DNA of 64,000 nt from the human T2T-CHM13v2.0 reference genome, Homo sapiens: the NCBI RefSeq assembly GCF_009914755.1, contig NC_060927.1; one strand, 5' to 3'. Each line of letters starts with the position of its first letter. The stretch's first letter is position 1. Below are positions 63,700 to 64,000 of the stretch, piece after piece. The position numbers and the translations under genes are program-made. The notes beneath the pieces were generated by a model. The model saw only the letters and a list, made by a program, of their open reading frames with translations, had not been told where the DNA came from and ran no database searches.

Positions 63700-64000
63700 T
63701 TTTGCTAAAAAAATTACATGTTTTCTTTCTTTTTATATATCAACTTGTTCTTGTCTTTCTTTATGTAATGTTATTTCGTGGCCATTCTCCAATGCCTTTA
63801 TAAAAATCTTCCAACACCTAAATTTTTGTTTTATATTTCATCATATAGGTGTACTGTGACTTATTTACAGTCTACATTGTTGAACATATAATAGTTTTCA
63901 TTCTTTACTAAGATAATGACATGAAGTTCTTCAGTACGAATCTTTGATAACTTTCTTAAAAGAGTTTCAGGAATGGGTTTACTGGGGATAAACATTTTTT
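63700..64000 (-). mobile_element. Ancient L1ME-like 3' remnant
   Basis: catataggtgtactgtgacttattta, ttgttgaacat...gttttca, ggaatgggtttactggg motifs. Confidence 0.45.

Overview
AT-rich, repeat-dense primate (human or great ape) genomic DNA with no recognisable cellular protein-coding gene. Nearly all ORF-track entries are fragments of L1, Alu or LTR elements. The main elements are: (1) a full-length, TSD-flanked L1PA2-type LINE-1 (17307-23380) with an intact 1275-aa ORF2 but CpG-type nonsense codons in ORF1 (R49*) and in antisense ORF0; (2) a decayed near-full-length L1MA4-like element (~30640-38535) with nested L1PA3 and AluY insertions; (3) a U6 snRNA/L1MA3 chimeric retrocopy (49428-53890) inside one target-site duplication; (4) an LTR12 (ERV9) solo LTR; (5) THE1/MLT LTRs, an ERVL-class internal remnant, DNA-transposon fossils (MER6, MER47, MER58, MER2, half MADE1) and 13 Alus. 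The less ordinary signal is a set of short, locally templated insertions and fold-back inversions (33939-34062, 46349-46425, 52935-53023, 61494-61601), each copied from sequence within ~2 kb. I see no evidence of a genuinely new biological system; the findings are unusual instances of known retrotransposition and repair processes. Subfamily names come from recalled consensus sequences, not from a database search.
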